From positions 10,994,463-11,058,462 of the forward strand of contig OZ037770.1 of the NCBI GenBank assembly GCA_964035545.1: a stretch of DNA of 64,000 nt, written 5' to 3'. The notes beneath the pieces were generated by a model that worked only from the letters and a program-made list of their open reading frames with translations, ran no database searches and was not told the DNA's origin. Made by a program: the position numbers and the translations under genes. This DNA comes from Bugula neritina. Its lineage: Eukaryota; Animalia; Bryozoa. Shown here one piece after another: positions 38,606 to 52,995 of the stretch (within the stretch, counting starts at the first letter, position 1; each line of letters starts with the position of its first letter).

Positions 38606-41600
38606 TTTTTTAGCGGTCAAATTCTTTTTTGTGCTCCTATTCAGCATCTTTGAGTGCATGTTCTTAAAAAATGTTATGGGATCTACAACAAAAGATAAAA
38701 GTTGAGTTATATTTAAACTGTATTAGTATGAGCATTATACATTTGGTTAAGATATACAATCACAAGCAGCGTAAATAAATTAAGTTCAACTTTGAAGAAG
38801 CTGAAGTCTAAGGCCAGAACTAATAGTATCAATGATGTTAGCTATGGATCTTTCAGCATATTTTCAGCGCCACCATACCAATTGTTTGACTCTGAATAAC
38901 CATACAGGCTTTGGCAAACTTATGATCATAGTGTTGCGTAGTGTTTGAGTTAGTTTGAGCTTATCAAAATTTATTAACAATTTTGGCCATCATTTTATTT
39001 TACTCCTTTCTTAATAACAAATGCAAGAGCTGTTGGGCATAATTAGTTTAGTTAATAGAAGCTTCTCTGCATTAAAATTATCTCAAAATGTCAGTGAACC
39101 ACAATTTAAGTTAGAGTCAGCATTTTATATAGACCCCTCATATCGAGATAACAGATATTGATAAGTTTCAGTATGTCTATAAATTGAAAAACAAATAAAG
39201 TACTACCAAGAAAAATATTGCTACTTAAACATGATGTTTTATATTTAATTGTGCTGTGCAAAGATAAATGAAAGAATAAACTGGTAGCACGAAAGTTAAT
39301 AAAAAATTTTGCCAACTTTGCAAACTCACCACTAATATTGGCATTTTGGTACTTAGCTATAAAACAAGAAGCTAGCTTGGCAGCTGCTTAAGGCTAATAA
39401 CCACTTGTAGGCTGCTACCATGCATTATTAACAATACTTCTACAATGGGGGGGAGGGAATTCAAATTAATGATTTTAGCACAAATTGCTAGAAGGTGAAG
39501 TGGAAATAAAACGCTAATTTTTTTGAAAATAGATTGCTACAGGAAAACTCGTATCAAATTGATATAGGAATAGAGTAGTTTGGGAAATATCAGTCAATGT
39601 GGTCGCTTAAAAGTTATAATTGCACAAATTTAATTATCTGTCTACGGCAATAGTCATACTGTCATTGTGATATAAAATGACAACGTTAAGCAAATGATTG
39701 AACTTACCTTTTGCTGCAATGACAATTTCAGTTCCTCACTCTGAAAGAAAGTGATCATCTTCTATCTCTGAGAGGTAGCTGCAATCTTCACCCATGTGAT
39801 GAAATGATTCAATGTTTTCCATGTTGTGGGGTTGTTTGGAAGCACAAACTCACTGAATCTCAAAGCACAACCTCTTAGTCTGAGCCTCTGGTGTTCACTA
39901 TGCTGGCAGAATATTTCTTCTGTCAATAGCAGTGAATGAAAACTATGTGCTGTTATGTAATAACTTTTGTTTTGCTCTTTCCATGCTTGGTAAGCCAGTT
40001 TCTTGCCTTTGAATTACAATTTAAATATTTCCTTACTATAGCTCTGTTATGCAACATCTTCTTTTGTTCCACCAGGTAGTTTACACAAGGCTTTTGAAGT
40101 GGTTCACCTGATCCACAATTGACTTTTCAGTAGCTTGTTTCTTTGTTAATTTTAAGCTTCTTGTTTGAAACACATTTGCTGATAACTGAGTACATTGGAG
40201 TTTAATGGTGCATCTCCCTGATCTCTCTTTTACACACATTTTAAATTAGTTGGCTTTCCTTTCCATGAATGAAATTGACTAGTGAAGCCTAAACTACCCA
40301 TGCAAGAGATATGTGCAGTTGAAATTTTTTGTTGATAAATTCAACTTAAGTCTTTGATAAACGGAGTGGGGCAATGTTTAATAGTAGTCTGGTAACAAGC
40401 TATTTGAAAATGTCTTGAGTTCAAAAAAATTTCGAAATCCTAAACAGCTAGTAGGTTGAAGGAGTTTCATTCCACTTATATGCTCCCCAGTTAGGTTGTA
40501 TTTTTTGTTTTGGTACTAAGTATTATATACCTATATACCCTTATATAACTTTCATATCAATTGCTAAACATAAAATAACCATTAATATGATATATTTGCA
40601 ATAATATTTAAATTTTCCCATATTTGTGTTGAAAAAAAGCATTAAATGCATTAATAATAACATTTTTTCAAAAAAAAGAATTATAGAACATGTAAAATTA
40701 ATAGGTTTATGCAGAGCAAAGTAATTTAATTGTGTGCCAATTATAAAAAGCAATTGACTCAAATTTATTTAAATACACATATATTTCAATAGTATTCAAA
40801 TAAATTGCACGTGAATGTATAAATAGCATCTAACTGGGAAGCATCAATTGAAATGACCCAAATGTAGGGTTCTACTCTATCCTCGCTTCCTATAAAGGTT
40901 TGTGATCATCATTAGTGCACATGTGAACGAATAATGTTGTTAGATGAACAACTGCCAACTGTTCCATAACTCTTAGGTAAATAAAATTTTGCTTGAACAT
41001 ATGTAGTTGTAGCATTGATCTCACTTTGTGTTCCTATCAACTACTGTTTAGCTTCATTCAGACCTAGGGATGATGATTACGTAATACTTGTGAAAAGTAG
41101 CGTTGACTTAACAACTAAGTGGTTTCAGAGCTACTACAAAATATTTTTCAGCTTACACTAATCGGATTAACTTTCAATTTCATCAAAATAAGTGCAAGTC
41201 TAACAACTATTAGAAGTGTGGTGCAGGCTATACCGACAATAAAAGGCTCTTTGAACAACTTTAGTGCAAGCGCTGCACTAATATTTCTCTCTGTGTAATA
41301 ACTTATTTATTGTTTTGTTTTTCCTTTTGCTGGTTCTTTAGTTTTCACAATGTTCAATAATTTCTTTTCAATTTAATTTCCTAGAAGGCCACCCGGTATG
41401 GGGAGAAAAAAACTTGTGCAATGTGATGTATGGCATTAAAAATGTTTATGCTAGCAGACTTACACGGACATATGCAGCTATAGTATTACGTTATACTGTT
41501 TTGACGAACTGCTTACATGATTCATGCTTGGACATTAAGCTTGAATCTAATTAGGGAGACAAAATTTAACAAAACAAAAGCTTTTTTGCCTGAATATTAT

Positions 41601-41844
41601 TACATAATGGATGTGGTATAGTAGCAGCCAGTTGAAGCTTTAATGTATTTTGTCAAAGTTGCAAACCTTAGAATTCTAAACTTATTTTATTTTAATTTTT
41701 TATAATTTTAAATTAGCAAGATGATCTCTCAAAAGGTTGAAAGCAAAAAATTACTAATATATAATTTCATAATTTTACACTATGATAAGAGTGTTTTTCA
41801 CAAATATTCTGTAAATGCTTAAACATGTATTTTGAGATATTTTG

Positions 41845-42620
41845 TATTTATTATGCATCAGAACCTAAATTGTATAAATTATTGTGACGCTTACATATGA
41901 GCAATTTTTTCTAATTCTGATTTATTAAGTTCTAGAAATATGTTATGCATTTACAAGTGATGATAGGTGTACACAAATCAATAAAATATCAATCATGATT
42001 GTTGCTAAATGATACCTTTCAACTTGCTTGTAGTAAAGCATATAGAAATAATACAACCTAAAAAGCACAATAATTACGTAGTTGTAATAATAGAAGCAGT
42101 GAATGATCAAGGGGAGCTGATCACATAATATAGAAGCATCTTACAAACCATATTATTGTGTTTTACTCAAACATATCTAAGCTATGCAAACATTATAATA
42201 TAATTTTAATAAAAAGGATGCATTTTACAATGGTTATATATGGTACACATGCCAAATCAATAAAAACTCATCAAAACTTCTTCAAAGCGCACCGCTCCAA
42301 TTTCTGTACAACAAATGCTATTAAATCAATGTAGAATATATGCCTAGTATAATACATAATCATAGAAGATAAGAGCATATATAGTAATAATCCGCTAAAT
42401 GCAGTTAGTGTGCTGCAACTATAAACTATAAATTATGATATTTCTAAGATTTTACTGCTTCTTGATAACTATAGTGAATGTACATATAACAGATACACAC
42501 TATCCTACTAAACTGACAAGAAAATATCAATTTAAATAGCTAAATAGTTACTGCCACATTACATAGTGATTGACAAAGATTTATTCAGCACAAAAAGTTT
42601 GCAAATTAACATATTTCATT
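41845..42620. repeat. Non-coding segmental duplicate, copy 1 (copy 2 at ~49295-50230)
   Basis: Collinear anchors: tttattatgcatcagaa, aaagcatatagaaata, aaactcatcaaaactt, tagtgtgctgcaa, agtttgcaaa. Confidence 0.75.
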
Positions 42621-43108
42621 GAATATATGTATCTGTTTGTGTCTCTAACACGTTACCAGTAAAGAATAATCATTCAATATGCTAATAACTATTAATAGAC
42701 TTAGATTTGCTAACTTGCCTATTTTTATAAAACTGCTTTTATAAATAGTTTTTCACGACAGTTTAAGGTGTATTTAGTTTATTTTTTAGCTGCTGAGTGT
42801 CACAGAATTCAAATATAAGTTGGTTCTTTATTATAGGATTGTGGGTTATATATAATTAACAGAAAATGAAGATACATTTTCATCAAACAAAGACCTTTAT
42901 TCAAATTGAAGAATTAAAAGGATAACACGTCTGACTTTAATATAACAGGGCACTACATTGACTTCTAACATTTTTATGCTAAACTCCTGAAAATCTCAGA
43001 TGCAGGCAGTCTTAACATAGCTTTGGAGAAAAGAATTTACAATGAAATGCTGTCAATTGAAAGCATAAGTAATTATAGTGTTCACTTATACCTATAACCT
43101 TTTCTAGT

Positions 43109-43110
<2 letters not shown>

Positions 43111-43173
<63 letters not shown>
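43111..43173. repeat. (TA)n microsatellite
   Basis: Direct reading. Confidence 0.95.
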
Positions 43174-43176
<3 letters not shown>

Positions 43177-44145
43177 TCTTTGATTTTACAAAACGTTAGA
43201 TTCTACAATTATAAAGTTTGAAGCTCAATACACTACTAGATTACTGAAGCTCAGAATTAAAAGATGTGTCGCTATTTATCTTTATTGAAGTGTCTATAAT
43301 TTTTTTGATTTCCCTTAACATATAGTACTGTTCTAATTATGCTTCTCTAAAGACTATGATTGCAATTTAGTTTCAAGTATAAATGGCAGACTAGATATTA
43401 AAGAACCATTCACCTTTTTTCTATTATTTCATCCAATACTCCTTTAATAAATATTTTTGCAATAAAACACTCAATAATCATAAACACAGCCTTTTTGAGA
43501 AAGAGAGAATCATATTTAAAGGACGTGTTAACATATTATTAAGCTGCATGCTATATAAAACTGTAACAAGTTGGCTGGCAGATTCCTGACCTGCAAATTC
43601 AGTAAGTTTTTCATTATAAAGTTTTGGTGTTTTTATAAAACAACATGACATTGTACATTGTAGCAGAATGAACTATAAAATTATTATTTCATTACTTTTC
43701 ACTGTAATATTTCTTACTTTAATTTATTTCATGATATTACTTGAAAACGCTAAAATTATTATGATAATTTGCACAATAGCAACTAAATATTTTTGTGTAC
43801 CTGTAACAATATGTTATATTTAATATTAAAATGATCTGCTGCGGGTGTTTAGACAATCAAGTATAAATGTTTAAACAAAAGCTTCTATCTAATGATTCCT
43901 CAAGAATTAAAACCTATTGATTTTTATTTCTAATTTCATCCATGATTGACAGCTGTAAAATATTGCATCTACTTTGAAAATTTATAATTTTACTTAGTCA
44001 AAGTATATAAAATAATATCTTTCTTACCATTTTATTAGTTGATGAACTGATCCCGGGCTGGGAAGCCTTGAACTTGTAAGCTGTTCAAAATAAATCTACC
44101 AGAAGTTGTATACATATAATACCCCTGAACGCCAGCAGCAAGAAA

Positions 44146-45102
44146 ATGGCAAACAACAGTATTCTGTGTGAGAATGTTCCAGAACTCTGTGCTGATTCAA
44201 CTATTTCCACAGCTTTCATGACACTCAACGTCGTTGGTGTTGTATGCAATATGCTACACTTGTTTGCGCTAAAAAGCTTGAACAAGTCAAAGAGAAATGG
44301 ATACTTCTGGGTGATAGTAAATATTGGAATTTCAGACATAGCTACAGGTATAGTCTTTACCTTATATGTCAGCTGTGACCTTAACAGGCTTGTGGTAAAA
44401 CTCTCCGATAAAGAGGCACTGGTGTATCAAGTTGTAATCAACATACTTGGCTCTGCCACATACTTTGCTCGAAATCTCATCTTGGTAACTGGTAGCTATG
44501 AAAGATATGTCTCCATATGTCAACCATTCAATGTACGGACAAACAAAGTGCTGAACAACTTAGGAGCTTGTCTTGGAGCAATCTGGATAGCTAGTCTTAT
44601 CGTGATGGGTGTTCCCTTAGCTTCTGACACTAAAAACTACTGTTTTAGTGTATTTGGATCCATGCCAATGGAATTCAATGTTCAAACTGATGTAGTGTTT
44701 GCAAGCTCCATAACAATAACTTTAACAACGTGTGTGATTCTGCTATTCAAAACTTGGAAAGAACTTAGAAAAATGCAACAAAGGAACACAGCTGGAGCAA
44801 ATGAGTTGATTGTGAAAAGATCAGCCCAATACATTCTGATTATTTGCATTACATTTTACTTGCTTTATGTTCCAACTTTTCTAGCAGTAATTTTTAATGT
44901 AATTAAAGTTTTGCCAAAGAAACTGGCTATTGTGACCAGATGGATATCCATCTATTACCAAGCTATTTATGGTACTTTAAACATCGTTGTATACATCGTG
45001 ATGACTCCTGGCTACAGAACCCACATCATGAGAGTACTTCCAGTTAACACAATCAGAGTACAGCCCATCGAAAATATCTCCAACAACAGAAATAATTGTT
45101 GA
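44146..45102 (+). CDS. Intronless orphan class A GPCR (318 aa), possibly chemosensory
   Basis: Seven hydrophobic segments; TM1 CN, TM2 NIGISD, TM3 SYERYVSICQPF, TM4 W, ECL2 Cys, TM6 YVP, TM7 LNIVVY (non-canonical NPxxY). Confidence 0.9.
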   Translation: MANNSILCENVPELCADSTISTAFMTLNVVGVVCNMLHLFALKSLNKSKRNGYFWVIVNIGISDIATGIVFTLYVSCDLNRLVVKLSDKEALVYQVVINILGSATYFARNLILVTGSYERYVSICQPFNVRTNKVLNNLGACLGAIWIASLIVMGVPLASDTKNYCFSVFGSMPMEFNVQTDVVFASSITITLTTCVILLFKTWKELRKMQQRNTAGANELIVKRSAQYILIICITFYLLYVPTFLAVIFNVIKVLPKKLAIVTRWISIYYQAIYGTLNIVVYIVMTPGYRTHIMRVLPVNTIRVQPIENISNNRNNC

Positions 45103-46345
45103 TCATACATTACGTTATAAACATAACTTCATGATTTCACACAAAGCATTTGCAATAAACAGTGGCGCAATTTGAAGATGAATCTATGTTGTAATTTGAT
45201 GTTGTTATTTGATGCGTTTTTATTTTATAGTAAATTTGTTGTAGTTCAAAACTCAATAACTGGTAAAATTAATGTCATATTGCTTCGTTTTGATAATTTT
45301 TGTCATTAAACTGTATATATATCTGTATCTGCAGTGTTTTATTTCCTAACAATAAACTGCTTTTACTAAAATTTACTTTACTGTTACTTTAATGTTGTCA
45401 TTTAATGCTTGCAATTACGCTTCGCATACATTTTTACTAAAATATTTGTGTAAATAAGCTGGCAGATATTTGTACTCAAAATAGTTTTGTGGTTTAGAAC
45501 TACTTTATTTTAAAAATGCTCGACTGCAGTTTCTCACTAAAACTAACTAAAACAGCAAATAATTACCTATAAACTAGAGTGTAATTTTGTGAGTGTTATT
45601 GAGCAATTACTCTAAAATATGAAAACTGTGGTATAAATGAATATATTTTTAATTTAGCTCTATTATTACTTAAATAACCTTGCTGCTTTCACAATAAAGT
45701 CATGAACACCACAATACCCCTTGAAATCGATGTCACAGTATGAACATGGAAATATTTTATGTGAAAAGTCAGCCAGCAATTTGAGTGTTCTCCTTAATTC
45801 CCTGTTCGAAGGACTGCGTCTCTCTGGCTAATCTCATCAAACGCATCACCCTCTGCATTATTTAACATTTAGTATCATTTTAACAGTACTCTTTTTCATC
45901 CATAGTAGTTGTATGCCTTTGCTTAGAACTACTACATCAACCGAGGCAAATTGCCGGTCTATTGGGCTGTTTTACCATTGTTATTCTGTTCTGCAGATTC
46001 CACATGAGAAACATGGCCATAGTTGTTCATTTTACCCTCACCACTTTGTTTGATATTAGTAATGTGATGAATTAAGTTTTAATGAGTTAATAATGCATAA
46101 CTTTGTTTAAAATTTAACCAACGCATACTACTTTAGCTTTGTGACAGTATACCTAGCATGTACTGGTTGATATGCATTCCGCTTCTTCTTGCATATAAAA
46201 AACTTCATATTAAAAGTATATTTATTTAAAAGTAATAATAAAAATTTGTAATTGACTGTCACATTCTGACAATTTATTTATGAAATTGAAGACACTACGC
46301 ATGCTGCTGCTTGGACACGCATTGATTCTGTAAATGCGATATAAG

Positions 46346-46556
<211 letters not shown>

Positions 46557-46959
46557 ATAGTCTTTTTCTATTTTCATCACTCTAGAAATGCAATTTATGA
46601 GTAAGGCTCAACATACTAATTTAAAGAGTTTTATTATGTTTTATAATGAATTTGCTGCTTAATGTATGAGTTTTGCTATTAAATGTATAAATGATTTTGC
46701 AAGCTTGTTTTCATTTCTTCAGCAAATTATTTCAAACATCATTAACAGTTTAAAGCCATTCATGTGTTTGAGGGAAAGTGATACTTTTGTTGTCTATATA
46801 ATATATGTATTGCTTTAATCAATATGTTATCATTATTCTTTTTGCAATAAGATACTTGACAAAATATCAAACAAATAGCAGCTCGCTCAGCTGTAACGCG
46901 TGTAGTTTAAAAGTATTTTTTTCTCAAAACAGTAAAAAGTTGGTAGAAATCTTAAGAAA

Positions 46960-48699
46960 ATGACAGGAAATTTCTTACCTTGCAGATTTAGTAAGTTAAA
47001 AGCTTATAAACTATTTCTATGTATGTTTTATTAAAATAACCCTACATTACATATTACATTATAATTATTTTGCAGATTATTAAACTGCAGAAATACATTT
47101 TATAACTATTACCAATTTAACTTTGATTTAGAAAATTGTATTTGCTTTGATTTTATGTAAAAGTAAAAAAGTTATCATTACTAGATAATTCTTAAGCTAA
47201 GAATTTAATTATTTAATACTTTTATCTAATAATTGTTCTTAGCCAATAAAAACTATTGCAATAAAATTTGATGTGTGATTGCAATAATTTTCTATGTAAT
47301 GTTCATTTTCTTGCAGTTCTATTAGTAAAGCTTACAGCTCTGGTGGCTGTATTTGGTTACCAGACCGTCCTCTACAAGAGTTATGTCATGCCAGAATCTC
47401 TGTCTAACATTTCTCAACATGACTCTGGGACAGCTCCTTCTGCAATGTCCTGTGCTTCTGGTTGTACCAGGAAAGAAGACTGCGATGGGTTCACATATGA
47501 TTGGCTAACTAAGAAGTGCTCTGGTAAGATGTGTGTCAACCCTAATCTGTATTCTGAAGGAGAAGGAGATGGTTATTACATCAGAGCTGATGTTGGAGAA
47601 CGCTTCACTAAATTATTAGCTAGAGGTGAATACATTTTCCGTTTCTTTTCTCAAACTTGCCCATGTTTGAGTAAATTTTATATAATTTACTTAGTTTTTA
47701 TTTTTAGTACAACAAGTTAGTACTAATCATATATTTTAACAATTATTGAATGATTTGGTGAAAAATAAATTTTTTTTCAAGTTTTGAAACAATTGCTATT
47801 ATATAAAATAAAAAATAGTAGTGTTTCTTCATGGGTGAGTCAGCATCACATTTTAAGATCGAATCCATATTTTTATTTAGATAAACCAGCAAAGCTATCA
47901 TCTGTTTTTGTGCACTTCACTGAAATGTACACCTTTGAGGCTAACTTTGCTGTTGATGGAGTCTATGAGCTGTCGGATGAGCTTTATTCTCTGGCACATA
48001 GTAACAAGGAGACTAGACCATGGTGGAGAGTAGACCTGGGAGGTGTACACTGTGTCTGGGCCGTGAACATTTTAAACAGATATACAAGTAAGTTGATTTG
48101 TATTAAAAAGTGCGATTTTCATAAAAGATAACAAAATAATGAAAAAAAAATCATGACAGTTGTTTCTAGTATTGGTGAATCTTTTTTCTTGCTACCATAA
48201 TTTTTGATGTACCCTTTAACATTATTACTTTAGTCATTTTGATGCATATATTCTTGTTATGGCAGAATACTTATTACAGCAGAACCAAAGCATTAAACTG
48301 CTTTATATTTTATATGCAAAGACTTCCTCAAACTGCAATCTTTCAAAAGAAACTCAGACACTGTCAAAATTCTTGTTGTATTCTATTGAGGTGACGCATT
48401 TATTTACTTTCTATATGTATGTATAACACGTTGACGATAACTATTTGAATAACATTGTTTTAGAGGTATGGCACAGTAGAAGATCAATCAACACTGAAGT
48501 TACAGTTGCTATGGTAGAGGAAGATATAGAGTTTACTGGATCTAACAGAGAAGTTCTGTGTAAATATGTTGATGGTTATCTCAACCAATACTACACTCTG
48601 ATTACATGTGATCAACCAATCACTGGGCGCTTTGTCCAGATTTTGTTCAATGCCACAACTTGGTTGAATCTGCATGAGGTTGAAGTTCAAGGTTATTAG
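46960..48699 (+). CDS. Secreted PAN/apple + F-type lectin paralog B; exons 46960-46990, 47317-47625, 47881-48087, 48464-48699
   Basis: MTGNFLPCRFILLVKLTALVAVFG signal; CASGCTRKEDCDGFTYDWLTKKC (PAN); ANFAVDG, AHSNKETRPWWRVDLG, GRFVQI, LHEVEVQG (F-type lectin/FA58C fold); all introns phase 1, GT-AG. Confidence 0.87.
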
Positions 48700-49294
48700 A
48701 CATTTGAAGCTAATTTAATTTCAATAGTCTAAGTTTATCTGCTTTACCTAAATTTGCAATGTGATACGTGTACTGTTGTGTGTTCATAAAATAATATGAC
48801 TAGTCTATTAGCTATCTCCTAATATAGACTACTAATTCTTCTAACTGTGAGTATGCAAGACCATTAATAGCAAATTATATTATCTTGAATTCAATCAATG
48901 CTAAGAAATTTCAGTTAAGTATGCAATATTATACAAATAAAACTATATTTGATAAAGATGCTGCTTGCAATTAATTTGGAATGAGCTGACTTACTGAGAA
49001 ATATTTTTCTCTAGATTTATCATACATGAAAGCTCTACTGAATACTGGATACTTTTAAATGTTAATTAATGGTTTCTAAAACACATTTCCATATATTCTT
49101 TGACTAAGCTTTCTTTCATTTTATCATCAATATTGTGCATTGCTTTGTTTTCATAGCCACACTATTTTATTGTGCTTATAATAGCTGTAAGGAGACATGT
49201 ATATTGCTACTGCATTTCATGGCAGGTTATTATAAGTGAGTCATTGTTGTCATACAAATATAATTACTTTAAAAAAATTTCTGTTACTGTTTGT

Positions 49295-50230
49295 GTTTAT
49301 TATGCATCAGAAACTAAATTATATAAAATAGTGTGATCTTTATTATATATGAGCAAAGTTTTTGAAGTAACATTGAAAGAAATTTAATCCCTCTACCTGA
49401 ACAGGACAAAGTGGAAATACAGGTGAAAATTGAAAAAAAAATCCATCAGTAATTGTAGGCTCTTTACCAACTTTTCTGTTTATTTTTGTTGTTTAAATTA
49501 TTATGTTCAGCTGTTTCCATGTCTTACATTCTGATTTACAAAGTGCTATAGGAAATATATTATGCATTCACGAGTGACAGTTTAAGAGAAAACAAATCAA
49601 TAAAACCCAATCATAAGCTACCAAAGGATGCAGCCTTTCAACTTTCTTGTATAGAAAAGCATATAGAAATATTACAACTTGAAAAGCACATAGCCATATA
49701 TGCATGCAGTGGTAATAATAGCAGTAGTGAATAATCAAAGAAAACATAATCTATAGAAGCATGTTACCAACCATATTATTGACTATGCTTTACCCAAACA
49801 GATTGTTATGCAAGCACATAATTAATAAAGAGAATACATTTTACAATGATATGATACATGTGCACAAATCAATGAAAACTCATCAAAACTTGTTCGGAGC
49901 AACACTCCAATTTATGTACAACGAATGCTATAAAATCAACGTAGAACATGCTTATAGTAATATATAATCATTATAGAATACAAGGGCATAATATAGTAAT
50001 AGTTCTTAACAGCTATAGTGTGCTGCAAATAGGTAATTACAACATTTTAGAGATTTCATTAATTCTTCATAACTATATAGTAGCATAAATACATGCACTA
50101 TGTTACTAAACTGCATGGAAACAAATTAAAAACTAAAATAACTAGATATTTGGCTGTCACAAAACATAGTGATTTTAAGAAAGAATAATTCTGCAAAAAC
50201 AGTTTGCAAAATAACACATTGTTTCATTAA
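49295..50230. repeat. Non-coding segmental duplicate, copy 2
   Basis: See 41845-42620; carries an extra ~170 bp near 49370-49530. Confidence 0.7.
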
Positions 50231-52364
50231 CAATTTTATGTGTTTTTTACGGAGTTAACCCTATTATACCTCTCATTCACAATTTGATGTACCGAACGTT
50301 GTAACAGCAAATGTCAGCCATCTTTTGTTAATATCCGGACTGAATTATACCACGGTATAAATTTCGGCATTGATCTAACACTTCTTGATTAAAAAAGTCA
50401 CTTTGGGCTTTTATTGGGTAGAGTTGACATAGTAGTAAAATTTAAAGAATATTTTTGCTGGTTCATTTCAATCACTTATTGTTGATTTAATTTACTTTAT
50501 AACTTCATAACTTCTATAACTTCAGAAGATAAAAAAACTCTTTATCAGGCTTGTTTAAATTAAGTGTAGCCTAAAAATCTAGCTTTTACCAATCACAAAA
50601 AATATCTCAAAATTAATTAGGTGGCTTAAATATTTATTATTCAAATTAATTTGCACAGTTATTTTAGGGACACCTATTCGAAAGACAGTTTTCTTCTTTT
50701 AATTGCTTTTATCTAGTCAATAACAATTATGTTACATCTTTCGGAAAGAATGTTTTAAAAAATTAATTTGTGAATAATACCCAAAAACATATACAAGTCT
50801 CCGCAGACAAGAATTAGCTTTATTATGATTGCTTACAGCTCAAGTTCATGCCTTGTACTTTTTTTTAGTGTGTGAACTGTGAACTCATTTTGACAAAACA
50901 TAACAGCAGCGCATTTTCTTTTGGCTGTTACGGTGTACAATAAGGCAAAGTGTGAATGCATGAGAAGATTACCATTGCCGCTTTTGTCAAAATATAATTC
51001 TTTGTTTTAAGTCTAACGCACATTTAGATTAAAGTGAATTTTGATATGAGTTTAGTGCTACATAAACTTAGCAATCTAGATCATTGAACTAGAAAAGATC
51101 GTTTGAGTTCAGTTATCCAGATTAAAATAATATAGCTGTTGGTATTACAACTTGTACGATTGAAATAACTAATAGTGTGACTCAGTTGCAGCTGCAATAT
51201 TTATTTCTCACTCTTCATCTGCCTAACCAAGTATTTACAGGTAGAACTGTAATCACAAGCAGGGAGAGAAATGTCGTGGCAGGATTTTTAAGTTATTGGT
51301 AGTTGTCTTATTTTACTGTTGCGTGTATGGGGAGTGCACAACTCTGAGATATTTGCATCAACATAGGTAATATAGTGTGGGTGTGGCCTGTGTGAGTGTT
51401 GCATATATAAAACAGAGTGTGTATGAGAAGAGATTTAAATTATTGATTGAATTGATTGATTGAAGATTGTGAAAAGAAGAGAATAGAATGCGTGCGAACA
51501 CAATAGAATGTGTTAGGGTATGTTAGTTTGAGTGCTAGCCCAGGATACTAAACTGAAGAGCACCACTAGACAAATACTCTAACCCAGAGTCTCAACTTCA
51601 CTTGTGCAGATGGATAGGAGCTGAGTTATGTTCAATAAAAAATAAGCAAAAATCATTGCAATGTTTAAAAATAAATCAAGCTGTAATTTTACTAGAATTT
51701 TCAATTTCAATACTAAATTGAGCATATTGGCCCAAAATTGTACTACAGAAACTGAAATCTGCTGATTTTTTAAAATATTTTTGTCGAGAACATATTTAGC
51801 TTTCCATTGATATGCATATTACCCTATATCACCTTAGAAATATTGAGTAAATTATCAATTACTCATAAACAATAAGTTTATTTTGAGCGGTCCCATAATT
51901 AAGATCACCACTGTATAGCTTATTTATTATAGTTTTGCATTTTCATTTAGAATTTTTAAATTATTTTAGTGTATTGTTCAATCAATTAGAGTGCATAGTG
52001 CGCATCTCCCATATGGTTACACTGATTTTGTTTGTTATTTTTGTCTGTAAAAGAAAGTTTCTCATACACGAAGTTCTTGTATAGCAGCATTGACAGCGAT
52101 TTCTATTTATACCTCATAAATACTTAAAAACCCAGATCAATATGTGGTTGACTTTAAACTTCAAATGCTCATGCATATAAAATCAATGCAGATTCATCAT
52201 ATCAAACAGATACACAATGGGGAGACAGTTGAAAAGAAAAATTAAAGCTTATCTAGAGAGTTCTTATAGCTAATTTATAGTATAGCTATATAAGCCAATG
52301 TTGTCATCAAAAACTACTTACACAGTCATTTAAAAAGCGAAACAAAATTTATTTTGATTTCTTG

Positions 52365-52995
52365 CAATGGAGTCACTTTCATATTTCTACTATAACAATT
52401 GAATCAAAGTGTGTCTTCTATACGTAGGGTTATAAATGCTTTTCAGCATGTAAGGCACCATCTTTATAGTTACAGGCAAGAATACATAAATATATGTTTC
52501 CAATAGTGAGAAACAAATACATTTACACTAACAATTTACTTAAGCAGTACAAAGGCAAAACCCATCATAAAAGTTCAAAAAGGTGTAATATCTAATAGCC
52601 CTGAACTTCAACCTCACAAAGGTTTAATCTTGTTTTTGCAAGAATCTGGAAAAAGCGGCCACTGATTGGTTGATCACATGTAATCACAGCAAAACATAAT
52701 TTATTTTGTTATAGAATTGTTATAGCTAGTTTCTTTAGATGGAGTCACTCTCATATGTCTACTGCAGTTTAATCAAAATGTGCCTCATATATACCTGTAT
52801 AGGGCTAAAAATTTTCAGCATGCTATGGGCACCCATCTATAGCTCCAGGCCCTAGACCCTATAAGAGTGGGTAAATATATGTATTCAATAATGAGAGACA
52901 AGTGCTTTACACTAGAGTAGTTTACTTAAGCAGTACAGTGACAAAACCCATCATAAAGTTTCAACAACCTGTAATACCTAATAGCCATGAACTTT
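52365..52995. repeat. Diverged tandem duplication, ~370-bp period
   Basis: atggagtcact.tcatat (52367/52739), tttacttaagcagtaca, caaaacccatcataaa and ctaatagcc.tgaactt each occur twice. Confidence 0.8.

Noticed and set aside
39710-40230. Minus-strand coding-like stretch (KGKKLAYQAWKEQ...) reminiscent of a decayed transposon ORF
   Set aside because: Multiple stops and no diagnostic catalytic motif; cannot be assigned without a search.
50250-51915. Possible DNA-transposon ends (TTAACCCT at ~50254; CCACTGTA at ~51908)
   Set aside because: The two ends are not complementary and no partner TIR or TSD was found.
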